DNA of 64,000 nucleotides, taken from positions 309,486 through 373,485 of the IMG/VR virus record IMGVR_UViG_3300042558_004148; one strand, written 5' to 3'. Positions 25,490-33,821 of the stretch are shown here, one piece after another; position 1 is the stretch's first letter; the number at the start of each line of letters is the position of its first letter. The notes under the pieces were generated by a model. It worked only from the letters and a program-made list of their open reading frames with translations. It ran no database searches and was not told the DNA's origin. A program made the translations under genes and the position numbers.

Positions 25490-25558
25490 GAAGCTTTCGT
25501 CTAGCGTTCTAGGACTCCGCGTGTAGCGGGAACATCGGTTAGAATCCGATATGCTTTA
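25490..25558 (+). pseudogene. tRNA pseudogene or tRNA-like element with a shortened anticodon loop
   Basis: GTC-TAGCGTTCTAG-GAC; CCGC-GTGTA-GCGG; ATCGG-TTAGAAT-CCGAT. Confidence 0.5.
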
Positions 25559-25567
25559 CTAAACATT

Positions 25568-25603
25568 TAAAAGTCGGTACATTTAAAAGTATCGACTTTT
25601 TTT
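25568..25603 (+). terminator. terminator closing the tRNA region
   Basis: AAAAGTCGGTAC-ATTTAAAA-GTATCGACTTTT plus T run. Confidence 0.8.
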
Positions 25604-25667
25604 GTGGCCTAAAAAAGAGCAATTTCAGATAAATATTCCGAACCAAAATAAACCAAAATAAACATCT

Positions 25668-27569
25668 ATGAAAAAATTACTCATTCTCATTTTTGGAATC
25701 CTGCTGATACCATATCTAGGATTCTCACAATGTCCAACAGCTCCGGGAAATGGAGTCTATGTTATGGTCAATTCACAATATCAGGTAGGTACTGTAGCAT
25801 CAGGAAAAACCAATATAGGTCTATGTTATCAAAACACGACATCTACCTTGATCACCGGTTTGCAATACAGAGTTTGGTATGATAAGAATGCATTCGGCGG
25901 TGGAGCTCCTATAGTAACATCAACAAATACATCATTTGCACAGGTACTTCAATACGAGAATAATCTATCGGAAGGTAGCATTACAGTAACTATCGTTTAC
26001 ACTGGTAGTAGTAGCACTTTTACTATTCCATCAGGTGCATTATTTAATATAGAATTACAACATTCAGCAAACTTTCAAACCTTCACTAATAATATAACTA
26101 ATATTGAGGTAACTGGAACAACAACATTCAATAATCTAAGCTCAAATATAGATGGTCTTGATGATCTATTAACCCTTCATAATTACGGTGGGGTTATTAA
26201 TTCTGTAATGTTTAATTACCAGGGTAACTTTGTTAACGTTACCGGATCGCCAGCTAAGAATCTAACTCTTGCTCTAGAGAAGAAACCTAAAACCGGATCG
26301 ACTTGGTCTATAGATGAGATTGACACTACTGATCTTAATGGTGAATTCAATTTTTCAAAATCGATAGACACCACATACTATGACGTTAGACTTGCAGTTC
26401 AGGGTGATACATTATCAGTAGGTAATATAGTTACTGTGGCCGATGCGCAAAGAGTTAATCAATATGTTCTTGGACAACTTCAACCATCCGGATTTGATTA
26501 TTATTCTTCCGATGTAAATAATTCAGGTAACATTACAATGTCGGACGTTTACGGAATATATGGTAGAATAGCGGGAAGATTTAGTGCTTGGCCAAATAAC
26601 GTACCTGACATCAGATTCTTTAGTGCTTCCGAATATGCATCGATCAATGGATCTTCAACAAATCAGACACAATCAATACCAGGGGTAACTAATCTAACGT
26701 TCGATATATTACCAGGCCAACCAGATTCGGTCACATTTTATGTACTTGGATATGGAGATGCCAATGGTACAGGATATAACATGGCTCGTTTAGTTCCGAT
26801 AACTATTATAAATCCGAACAACACACCAAATTATATAATGGACGTGACAACGCAATATGATGACACTACATTGTCTACGATTGAAATTAACATGCCTAAG
26901 GTGACTGTAGATGAAGCAAATCTTGTAACGATACCTGTTACATTAAAATCTAATTCAGGTCCAATAGGATCGCTACAAATGGCATTATACTACGATCCAT
27001 CTTTATTAGAATTTAAGGAAATAGTTAATAGTGAAAAATCAATGGATTGGATGAGTTTCGTTAATCCAGTTGAAAATACGATCGAATGGGGAGGATTTGA
27101 TATCTCAGGAAATCAACATCCAATAAATGATGGTGAAAACCTATTTAATCTTAAGTTTCTTGCACTTGAACCACAGTCAGATTGGAATGCTAGTCCATTA
27201 TGGGTAACAAGGAAATATGCGGGTAATTCTATTGCAACTGATCTGATCATAAATCCAACCCACGGTGAAGTTAAAATAATGAATATCTCATCAGGCTACT
27301 TAAATCTACTCGGTAACAAGATAATAGTATATCCAAATCCAGTAGACGATAAAATAATGGTTGCTTTTGAGGTTTCAGAGAAAGAAAATATAACACTATC
27401 GATTTACGATATAAACGGAAAACTTGTAGTTGATTTAATGAAAACTAATATGCCAAAGGGAAAATATCAGTACACTTATGATATTGGTGAACTATCAGCT
27501 GGTTTATATGTTGCAACATTAAATATCAAAGCAAGCCAAATAGCGACAGCTAAAATAATTAAAAAGTAA
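25668..27569 (+). CDS. secreted cohesin-like / Ig-like / dockerin-like / cohesin protein with a T9SS type-A C-terminal sorting domain
   Basis: Signal peptide; ITGLQYRVWYDKNAF; SDVNNSGNITMSDV; VTIPVTL...GSLQMALYYDPSLLEF; VYPNP...LSIYDINGKLV...AGLYVATL...KIIKK. Confidence 0.85.
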   Translation: MKKLLILIFGILLIPYLGFSQCPTAPGNGVYVMVNSQYQVGTVASGKTNIGLCYQNTTSTLITGLQYRVWYDKNAFGGGAPIVTSTNTSFAQVLQYENNLSEGSITVTIVYTGSSSTFTIPSGALFNIELQHSANFQTFTNNITNIEVTGTTTFNNLSSNIDGLDDLLTLHNYGGVINSVMFNYQGNFVNVTGSPAKNLTLALEKKPKTGSTWSIDEIDTTDLNGEFNFSKSIDTTYYDVRLAVQGDTLSVGNIVTVADAQRVNQYVLGQLQPSGFDYYSSDVNNSGNITMSDVYGIYGRIAGRFSAWPNNVPDIRFFSASEYASINGSSTNQTQSIPGVTNLTFDILPGQPDSVTFYVLGYGDANGTGYNMARLVPITIINPNNTPNYIMDVTTQYDDTTLSTIEINMPKVTVDEANLVTIPVTLKSNSGPIGSLQMALYYDPSLLEFKEIVNSEKSMDWMSFVNPVENTIEWGGFDISGNQHPINDGENLFNLKFLALEPQSDWNASPLWVTRKYAGNSIATDLIINPTHGEVKIMNISSGYLNLLGNKIIVYPNPVDDKIMVAFEVSEKENITLSIYDINGKLVVDLMKTNMPKGKYQYTYDIGELSAGLYVATLNIKASQIATAKIIKK

Positions 27570-27583
27570 AAAAAAGTAAAAAA

Positions 27584-27916
27584 ATGTCAGAAGAAACAAA
27601 CAACGTTGAGACCAACGATGGTACTTGGTCGGGATTAAAGAAAACCATAATCGGTACTCTAACAACTGTTATCGCAGGTGGTGGGGTTTGGATTTCTACA
27701 CTATTATTCGGCGGAAACGAGGATAAGGAAGAAACTAAAACCGAGCAGGTAGCTCCGGCTCCAGTTGTAGTTAACGTACAGCAAAACCAGGAAAACACTC
27801 AGAAACAACAAAACAATGGTGGAACACACACTATTATCAAAGAACGTGTTGTAGAAAAACCTGTTGAAAAGAAAGAGGAAAAGAAAAAGGACGAATCAAC
27901 TGATGCTCCTTGGTAA
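27584..27916 (+). CDS. small single-TM membrane protein
   Basis: TIIGTLTTVIAGGGVWISTLLFGG followed by a charged low-complexity tail. Confidence 0.75.
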   Translation: MSEETNNVETNDGTWSGLKKTIIGTLTTVIAGGGVWISTLLFGGNEDKEETKTEQVAPAPVVVNVQQNQENTQKQQNNGGTHTIIKERVVEKPVEKKEEKKKDESTDAPW

Positions 27917-27934
27917 TTAAAATAAATTAAATTT

Positions 27935-28285
27935 ATGTCATTAAAAAAATCACTAGGCTTTGGTAAAGAAGATCTGACTAAAGTGGCAGACAACAATAGA
28001 TTCTATCATATGCTTCAGCAGATGCAATCTAATAGATGGAGAATTACTGCTATAGTACTTGGATTATTTACATTAATAATAGTTGGTATCAATGCAGGAG
28101 TTTTTCTTGGAGCTACTATTAACGAGGACTGGAAAGAAATGTTACTTATACTATTAGGTGCTTTTGTTGGTAATCTAAATAAAGTTGTTGATTATTGGTT
28201 TAACTCTGAAGACAGGGATAAAATGCTCATCCAGAAGGTGGATGAAGAAGATGGTGTTGCTTTATCTAACACTATAGAAAAATAA
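27935..28285 (+). CDS. two-TM membrane protein (holin-like topology)
   Basis: ITAIVLGLFTLIIVGINAGVFLG; MLLILLGAFVGNLNKVVDYWF. Confidence 0.75.
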   Translation: MSLKKSLGFGKEDLTKVADNNRFYHMLQQMQSNRWRITAIVLGLFTLIIVGINAGVFLGATINEDWKEMLLILLGAFVGNLNKVVDYWFNSEDRDKMLIQKVDEEDGVALSNTIEK

Positions 28286-28296
28286 TAAAATTAAAA

Positions 28297-28530
28297 ATGA
28301 AAAAGTTTTTTAGCCAAATTTTCCAAGATGAAAAGGGAAATTATTCATCCAACAGATTTGTTGGTATCATGTGTGCAGTTTCACTTTGTGTTACAATGTA
28401 TCACAATTCATTCTCAACTGAGGATGTAGCACCAGCTCCAGCACTAATTAATGCAGTTGCAGCTCTTGCTTTTGGTGCACTTGGTTTAGGTGCAGCTAAT
28501 AAGATCTTCTCTAAGAAGAAAGAAGATTAA
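28297..28530 (+). CDS. small two-TM membrane protein
   Basis: SSNRFVGIMCAVSLCV; ALINAVAALAFGALGLGAA. Confidence 0.75.
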   Translation: MKKFFSQIFQDEKGNYSSNRFVGIMCAVSLCVTMYHNSFSTEDVAPAPALINAVAALAFGALGLGAANKIFSKKKED

Positions 28531-28546
28531 TTAAAATTAAATTTAT

Positions 28547-29266
28547 ATGAGATTCTCACTAATACTACTATCTTTAATTCTTGCTACTTCAAGTATTTAT
28601 GCACAGCCGGGTTCAGTAAAAACTGAACAGTATCAAGCTGAGTTTGAAAAGAAGCAATCAATAGATGTTGTAGCTGAATATACGGACACAATAAAAATAC
28701 CAATACAAATATTAAAGATTGGTATTAGTGAGGAACTCTATGAATTTTATCCGGAATTAAAAGATAAGAGAGTCGGCCTTGGTGTAACCAATATAGTTTT
28801 AGAATATCTTGAGATGACAAACAGATTTGTGTTCACTGAGGATAAGTTGGAGATTAAGGAAAGGATGATCCAGCAATTTAAGGCTTCGGATAAGGGGTTT
28901 ACTGAAAATAAAATGGACGGCAGAGGAAAAATTAAGTTAGCTAAATATTTTGTTTATATAGAGGTTTATGACTTTTCGGTATCTGATGATGAGGTTCTTA
29001 AATTGAACGGAGAATCTAAAACAACACAAGTAACAAGATTAGGACTTCAAGTTAAATTTGTAGATTCCGAAACTGGTGAGGTCTTAATGGGATCTGGATT
29101 AGGTGAGGCAACTACAATTAAAACAGCATCAATATTGGATGGCGTTGATGATAGTGATATTAAATTCAACCAATCCACAATAGGAACAACAACAAAAAAA
29201 TCACTAGAGACAGCTTCCTCAAGAATAGTATCTAGAATGATCAAAAAAGGAATTTTTAAATCGTAA
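28547..29266 (+). CDS. CsgG/HfaB-like exported protein
   Basis: Signal peptide; GLGVTNIVLEYL...RFVFTE; YFVYIEVYDFSV; LGLQVKFVDSETGEV...GLGEA. Confidence 0.7.
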   Translation: MRFSLILLSLILATSSIYAQPGSVKTEQYQAEFEKKQSIDVVAEYTDTIKIPIQILKIGISEELYEFYPELKDKRVGLGVTNIVLEYLEMTNRFVFTEDKLEIKERMIQQFKASDKGFTENKMDGRGKIKLAKYFVYIEVYDFSVSDDEVLKLNGESKTTQVTRLGLQVKFVDSETGEVLMGSGLGEATTIKTASILDGVDDSDIKFNQSTIGTTTKKSLETASSRIVSRMIKKGIFKS

Positions 29267-30850
29267 ATGTATGCTAAAACCATATCAACATTATTTCTTA
29301 TTCTCGCATTCAATGTAATTGGATATGGGCAAACATTCACGTATTCTTATACCGATCCATGTACAGGGTCAATAAAATCTCTACAGGTTCCTTCCAATGG
29401 GATCACAGTTAATTATTACGGAGAAATCCAAACATTCCAGCCAATAGATTTTTATAATGGCGGATTTGAAACATGGACACAAAATGTTTATTCCAATTAT
29501 GGGGGGAACAATCCATGCGCAACTATAGTTGGCTTATCGTCAACAGTTAATATTGCACAGAACACCGCTATAAATTTTATAGGTATAGTTAATTCATTAT
29601 CTGCACTTAGCGATATGGCTGCTACTGCAGGATCAACTAATATATTATCCGGCGTGGGGAGTGTACAGAATTCATCAAATGGTGGGAACAATAAAGGTAA
29701 GAATAAACAAACAGGATCTGGAGGAACAACAGGATCTGGTGGTTCTCAAAATCAGGGAGGTAATAATGGAAACAACAGCAGCAATAACGGAAATAGTAAT
29801 GCTAACGGTAGTAATAATACCGGGGGCTCTACAGCTACTAACGGGTCTACGCAATCTAATGACCAAACAACAGGATCTGGAGGAACAACAGGATCTGGAG
29901 GAACAACAGGATCTGGAGGAACAACAGGATCTGGAGGAACAACAGGATCTGGAGGAACAACAGGATCTGGAGGAACAACAGGATCAGGTCAGACAGGCAC
30001 TTCAAGCGGATCAAGTGGATCTACTGGTCAGAATAGCAGCAATACTAATGGGAGCGGGGGTTCCACAGAAGGAGGCAATGGAAAAAGCGAATCTACTACT
30101 ACCACAGAAACCCCTACAGAAAGCGAAGGAAAAACGAATATAGTTGGTGGATCTGTTGCTTCAGTACAAAATTCAACAAACAGCGGTGGCTCACCGTCTA
30201 ATAAAAATGGAAACAGACCAACGATATTAGCCAGTAGTGATTTTGTTGGATTCAATTTCAAGGATTCGGATGTAACCGCAGGTGGTAAAGTAACGGGAGG
30301 TTATACCTCGATGAGATGGGATGGTGCAAGATCATGGGGAATTAATGCAGATTATACAACAGCTATAAAAGGGCCAAACATAACAGGATTCTATGCTTTC
30401 ATTAAAAAGAAAAGAATAGATCTTATATCAGGTACAGTAACATTAGGATTCGATAGAAGATCATCATTGTATGGTACATTAGCTCTTGGTCAAATGTGGA
30501 ATATAGGCAAACGTGGTAAATTTAAAGCAGTTTATATGCTAACTGGATCTTACGGTAATGTATATGGTGAGGAATTTGTAGGTACTGCAGCAATAGCTGG
30601 TACCATGTATGATTTTAAAGTTTCAAAGAGAATAGACATTAAACTTCTGGGATTATATGTTTATGCTCCTTATGTTAGTTATTATAACGATATACTATTA
30701 AAATCACCGCACGTGGTTTTACCTATAGTTGGTACTAATGTAAGTTTAAGTAAGAGATTTAAACTTAACGTAAACTGTGGAGGTGCATGGGCTCTTAATG
30801 AGAATGCACTTAATTATACCATAATGCTAGGAACAAGAATGTTATTATGA
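29267..30850 (+). CDS. exported protein with a Gly/Ser/Thr/Asn linker and a predicted beta-barrel C-terminus
   Basis: Signal peptide; GSGGTT repeats; alternating hydrophobic strands ending YTIMLGTRMLL. Confidence 0.7.
   Translation: MYAKTISTLFLILAFNVIGYGQTFTYSYTDPCTGSIKSLQVPSNGITVNYYGEIQTFQPIDFYNGGFETWTQNVYSNYGGNNPCATIVGLSSTVNIAQNTAINFIGIVNSLSALSDMAATAGSTNILSGVGSVQNSSNGGNNKGKNKQTGSGGTTGSGGSQNQGGNNGNNSSNNGNSNANGSNNTGGSTATNGSTQSNDQTTGSGGTTGSGGTTGSGGTTGSGGTTGSGGTTGSGGTTGSGQTGTSSGSSGSTGQNSSNTNGSGGSTEGGNGKSESTTTTETPTESEGKTNIVGGSVASVQNSTNSGGSPSNKNGNRPTILASSDFVGFNFKDSDVTAGGKVTGGYTSMRWDGARSWGINADYTTAIKGPNITGFYAFIKKKRIDLISGTVTLGFDRRSSLYGTLALGQMWNIGKRGKFKAVYMLTGSYGNVYGEEFVGTAAIAGTMYDFKVSKRIDIKLLGLYVYAPYVSYYNDILLKSPHVVLPIVGTNVSLSKRFKLNVNCGGAWALNENALNYTIMLGTRMLL
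29870..29977 (+). repeat. 6 x 18-nt perfect tandem repeat ACAGGATCTGGAGGAACA (TGSGGT)
   Basis: Read directly; a further copy near 29710. Confidence 0.95.
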
Positions 30851-32520
30851 GAAAGTTTATAACCAGTCTAATCGTAATTCTGATAACATGTGCTACTTAT
30901 GCGCAAACGTTTTCCTATTCGGGATACATCTATAACGCGAATGGTACAGGAGCAGTAAATGTTCCAGTAAAGCTATATAAAAGAACAACCCCAACTTTAA
31001 CCGGATTTACCTCACAAACTAATTACAATGGTCACTCATATTATCGTTCAACAGGTTCTATGACATGGACTGCTGCTAAAACTGCTTGTGAAAATATGGG
31101 TGGACATCTTGCTACAGTTTCAAATGCAGCTGAGAATAATTTTCTCTTTAATACATGGCCATCAGGTTGGATTGGATATTATCAAGATAAAGTTGCTGGA
31201 TATACTTATTCTGAACCTTTAGGTGGATATCGATGGACAGAAACTCAAGTAACTGCAAATAGAGTAGCAGATTATGACGTTTCATCATATTCTTCAGGTT
31301 CGACCCTAGTTGATATCAAAGGAGGATTTAATGCTACTTTATACAATTCACCGACATATACAAGTACTGGTGGTAAGTATCTAAGCTTCAATGGAGCTAA
31401 TCAATATGCAATAACCGGAAACTTGGCTTCGGCAATGGGAAATACCAATCACATCACTTTGTTTGCTTGGGTTTATCCTACAGGGAATGGCGTTATTGTT
31501 AACGAACTAGGAACTGGAAGTCCTACATCCGGTTGGCATGAATCTGTTATAGAAATTACTGGAGGAAACACATTGAGAGTTGGATTTTGGACAGGAATTG
31601 GAATTCAACAATTAAGTACTACTATTACACTTAATGCTTGGCATTTAGTAGCAATAACTTATAATGGAACAACCATGAAAGGTTATTTAGATAATGTTAA
31701 TTTCGGATCTGTTAATTTTCAGAGAGAAGCTGCACATTTATATTCAGGAAATGGAGAATTTTTTGGAATAGGATTGACTGAAACTACTAATATGGGAAGT
31801 GGTGCTTATGGATCTTTTAGATTAGGAGATTTTCAAGTTTTTAATAGAGCTTTAACTGCCGATGAATTAGATAGAACATACAATTTATATGCATATAGAT
31901 ACAAGCTAAATCAATATGTTAATTGGAATGGCGGAGAACCTAATAACTCAGGAAATGAAGATTACGCTCAATTCGTAGGTAATGGACAATGGAATGATCT
32001 ACCGAACACTACTCTCCCTTATGTAATTGAATTTGATTATATCAACGATTTTACTCCTTGGGCTTTATATCAAACGGTCTATACAAATTCTAATGGATAT
32101 TATTCTTTTAGTCAATCAACGAATCCTGCAACTGAATGGTATATAAAAGTTGATGCACCTACTCCAATTACTACTCACCAAACATCAGATTTAAGTTCAA
32201 TAGGCAATATTGTAATTGGAACAACCACAAGAAAATCTATACATTGGAATATGTTTGACGTAAACAATGATGGCAAAATTACAATATCCGATTCATATTA
32301 TGTTTGGGGAAAGAAAAACGGGATATTTCCTAGCTGGATTGGATCTCAACCATCCTCACTTTATACTGTTTCCCAATTTAACTCATTGAATTCAGGAACA
32401 GTAAATTTAAAATCAATCTACCCCGGAGTAAGTTCATTTACGATATCCACCCCGGTCAGTGGGGGGTCTACAAATTATTATCTAATCGCTCCTGGATTTT
32501 CGGGACAGGTAACATATTAA
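30847..32520 (+). CDS. secreted C-type lectin with an inserted LamG domain and a C-terminal dockerin-like motif
   Basis: GHSYYRS...TWTAAKTACENMGGHLATV; WNGGEPNNSGNEDY...GQWNDL; LGDFQVFNRALT; DVNNDGKITISDS. Confidence 0.85.
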   Translation: MRKFITSLIVILITCATYAQTFSYSGYIYNANGTGAVNVPVKLYKRTTPTLTGFTSQTNYNGHSYYRSTGSMTWTAAKTACENMGGHLATVSNAAENNFLFNTWPSGWIGYYQDKVAGYTYSEPLGGYRWTETQVTANRVADYDVSSYSSGSTLVDIKGGFNATLYNSPTYTSTGGKYLSFNGANQYAITGNLASAMGNTNHITLFAWVYPTGNGVIVNELGTGSPTSGWHESVIEITGGNTLRVGFWTGIGIQQLSTTITLNAWHLVAITYNGTTMKGYLDNVNFGSVNFQREAAHLYSGNGEFFGIGLTETTNMGSGAYGSFRLGDFQVFNRALTADELDRTYNLYAYRYKLNQYVNWNGGEPNNSGNEDYAQFVGNGQWNDLPNTTLPYVIEFDYINDFTPWALYQTVYTNSNGYYSFSQSTNPATEWYIKVDAPTPITTHQTSDLSSIGNIVIGTTTRKSIHWNMFDVNNDGKITISDSYYVWGKKNGIFPSWIGSQPSSLYTVSQFNSLNSGTVNLKSIYPGVSSFTISTPVSGGSTNYYLIAPGFSGQVTY

Positions 32521-32542
32521 ATAAAAAATAAAATACTAACTA

Positions 32543-32998
32543 ATGAGAAATTTATTATTTTTACTACTTCTGATGCCAGTTATGGCATTTACACAAACAG
32601 AAATATGTGTTAAGATTGATTCGGTTTATTCTACTGCTAAATTAAGGGAGATGGGAAATAGAGATATCAGATTTGGTATCCAACAAATAGCTGAGGATAT
32701 ATTATCCGAAAAATATTGTCTTTCAGAAAAAGGAAATCCTATGGAAATAGAGGTTTATTATTTCGGTATACCTAAAAAATCATTAAGGATAGCAGGCATG
32801 GAAAAAACCAATCAAATAACACAGGTTGGTATTAGAATATATTACAATGGGATTAAATACGAGGGTCTGGGTGAATCAGATACCGAGGTTAGAGCAGTAA
32901 TGATAGAACTGGTTGATGGACAAGTACCATTCTCTAAGATGACAGTATCGAATGCTATAAAAAAAGCAATAATAGATGCTGTAAACAAGATAGAATAA
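32543..32998 (+). CDS. exported protein, distant paralog of the CsgG-like ORF at 28547
   Basis: RFGIQQIAEDIL vs GLGVTNIVLEYL; EGLGES vs GSGLGEA; FSKMTVSNAIKKAI vs FNQSTIGTTTKKSL. Confidence 0.6.
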   Translation: MRNLLFLLLLMPVMAFTQTEICVKIDSVYSTAKLREMGNRDIRFGIQQIAEDILSEKYCLSEKGNPMEIEVYYFGIPKKSLRIAGMEKTNQITQVGIRIYYNGIKYEGLGESDTEVRAVMIELVDGQVPFSKMTVSNAIKKAIIDAVNKIE

Positions 32999-33033
32999 TA
33001 AAGATATATACAGAAAGAAAATAAAGAACCGAA

Positions 33034-33708
33034 ATGGCTTATCGAATAATATTAAGAAGAGACACCACTCAAAATTGGGAATCTAATAATCCCGTATTAC
33101 TTTCGGGCGAACCTGGGTATGAAACGGACACTGGAATACTAAGAGTCGGTGATGGACTAACAACTTGGAAGGATCTAAATCCATATTATGGTGTTACAGG
33201 ACCGATTGGTGTTACAGGTTCCACTGGAGCTACTGGAGCAATGGGAGTTACTGGAGCTACTGGACCTTCAGGAGGACCGGTTGGAGCTACTGGACCGGTT
33301 GGAGCTACTGGAGCAATAGGAGCTACTGGAGCAATAGGAGCTACTGGAGCAATAGGAGCTACTGGAGAAGTTGGAGCTACTGGAGCAATAGGAGCTACTG
33401 GAGCAATAGGAGCTACTGGAGCAATAGGAGCTACTGGAGCAATAGGAGCTACTGGAGCAATAGGAGCTACTGGAGCAATAGGAGCTACTGGAGCAATAGG
33501 AGCTACTGGAGCAATAGGAGCTACTGGAGAAGTTGGAGCTACTGGAGAAGTTGGAGCTACTGGAGCAATAGGAGCTACTGGAGCAATAGGAGCTACTGGA
33601 GCATCTATAGAATTTTCTTCTACTCAACCTGGCAATACTGCTTCGCCCTCCACATGGGGAGAAATAACGATAGGAGCTACAGCATATTACATACCTCTGT
33701 ATTTATAA
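33034..33708 (+). CDS. Mtd_N/hyaluronidase-N-like domain plus a collagen-like (GATGAI)n fibre
   Basis: [38 protein letters not shown]; GATATATA at 33003. Confidence 0.85.
   Translation: MAYRIILRRDTTQNWESNNPVLLSGEPGYETDTGILRVGDGLTTWKDLNPYYGVTGPIGVTGSTGATGAMGVTGATGPSGGPVGATGPVGATGAIGATGAIGATGAIGATGEVGATGAIGATGAIGATGAIGATGAIGATGAIGATGAIGATGAIGATGAIGATGEVGATGEVGATGAIGATGAIGATGASIEFSSTQPGNTASPSTWGEITIGATAYYIPLYL
33301..33603 (+). repeat. about 16 x 18-nt repeat GGAGCTACTGGAGCAATA (variant ...GAAGTT)
   Basis: Read directly. Confidence 0.95.
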
Positions 33709-33724
33709 TATAATTAGAAACCAG

Positions 33725-33753
33725 AAAAACCCGATATTATATGTCGGGTTTTT
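33725..33753 (+). terminator. intrinsic terminator
   Basis: AAAAACCCGATAT-TAT-ATGTCGGGTTTTT. Confidence 0.8.
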
Positions 33754-33821
33754 CGTGTTTCTAATTTAAGTATATGTTAATATGGATATATACTTAATCA
33801 TAAATAAAATACATCAAAAAG

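Noticed and set aside
29870-29977. CRISPR-like array
   Set aside because: Perfect tandem 18-mers without spacers, in frame in a CDS; no repeat-spacer array was seen anywhere in the window
33165-33713. Alternative-frame and antisense ORFs (WSYWSNRS..., SSSYC...)
   Set aside because: Shadows of the GATGAI coding repeat
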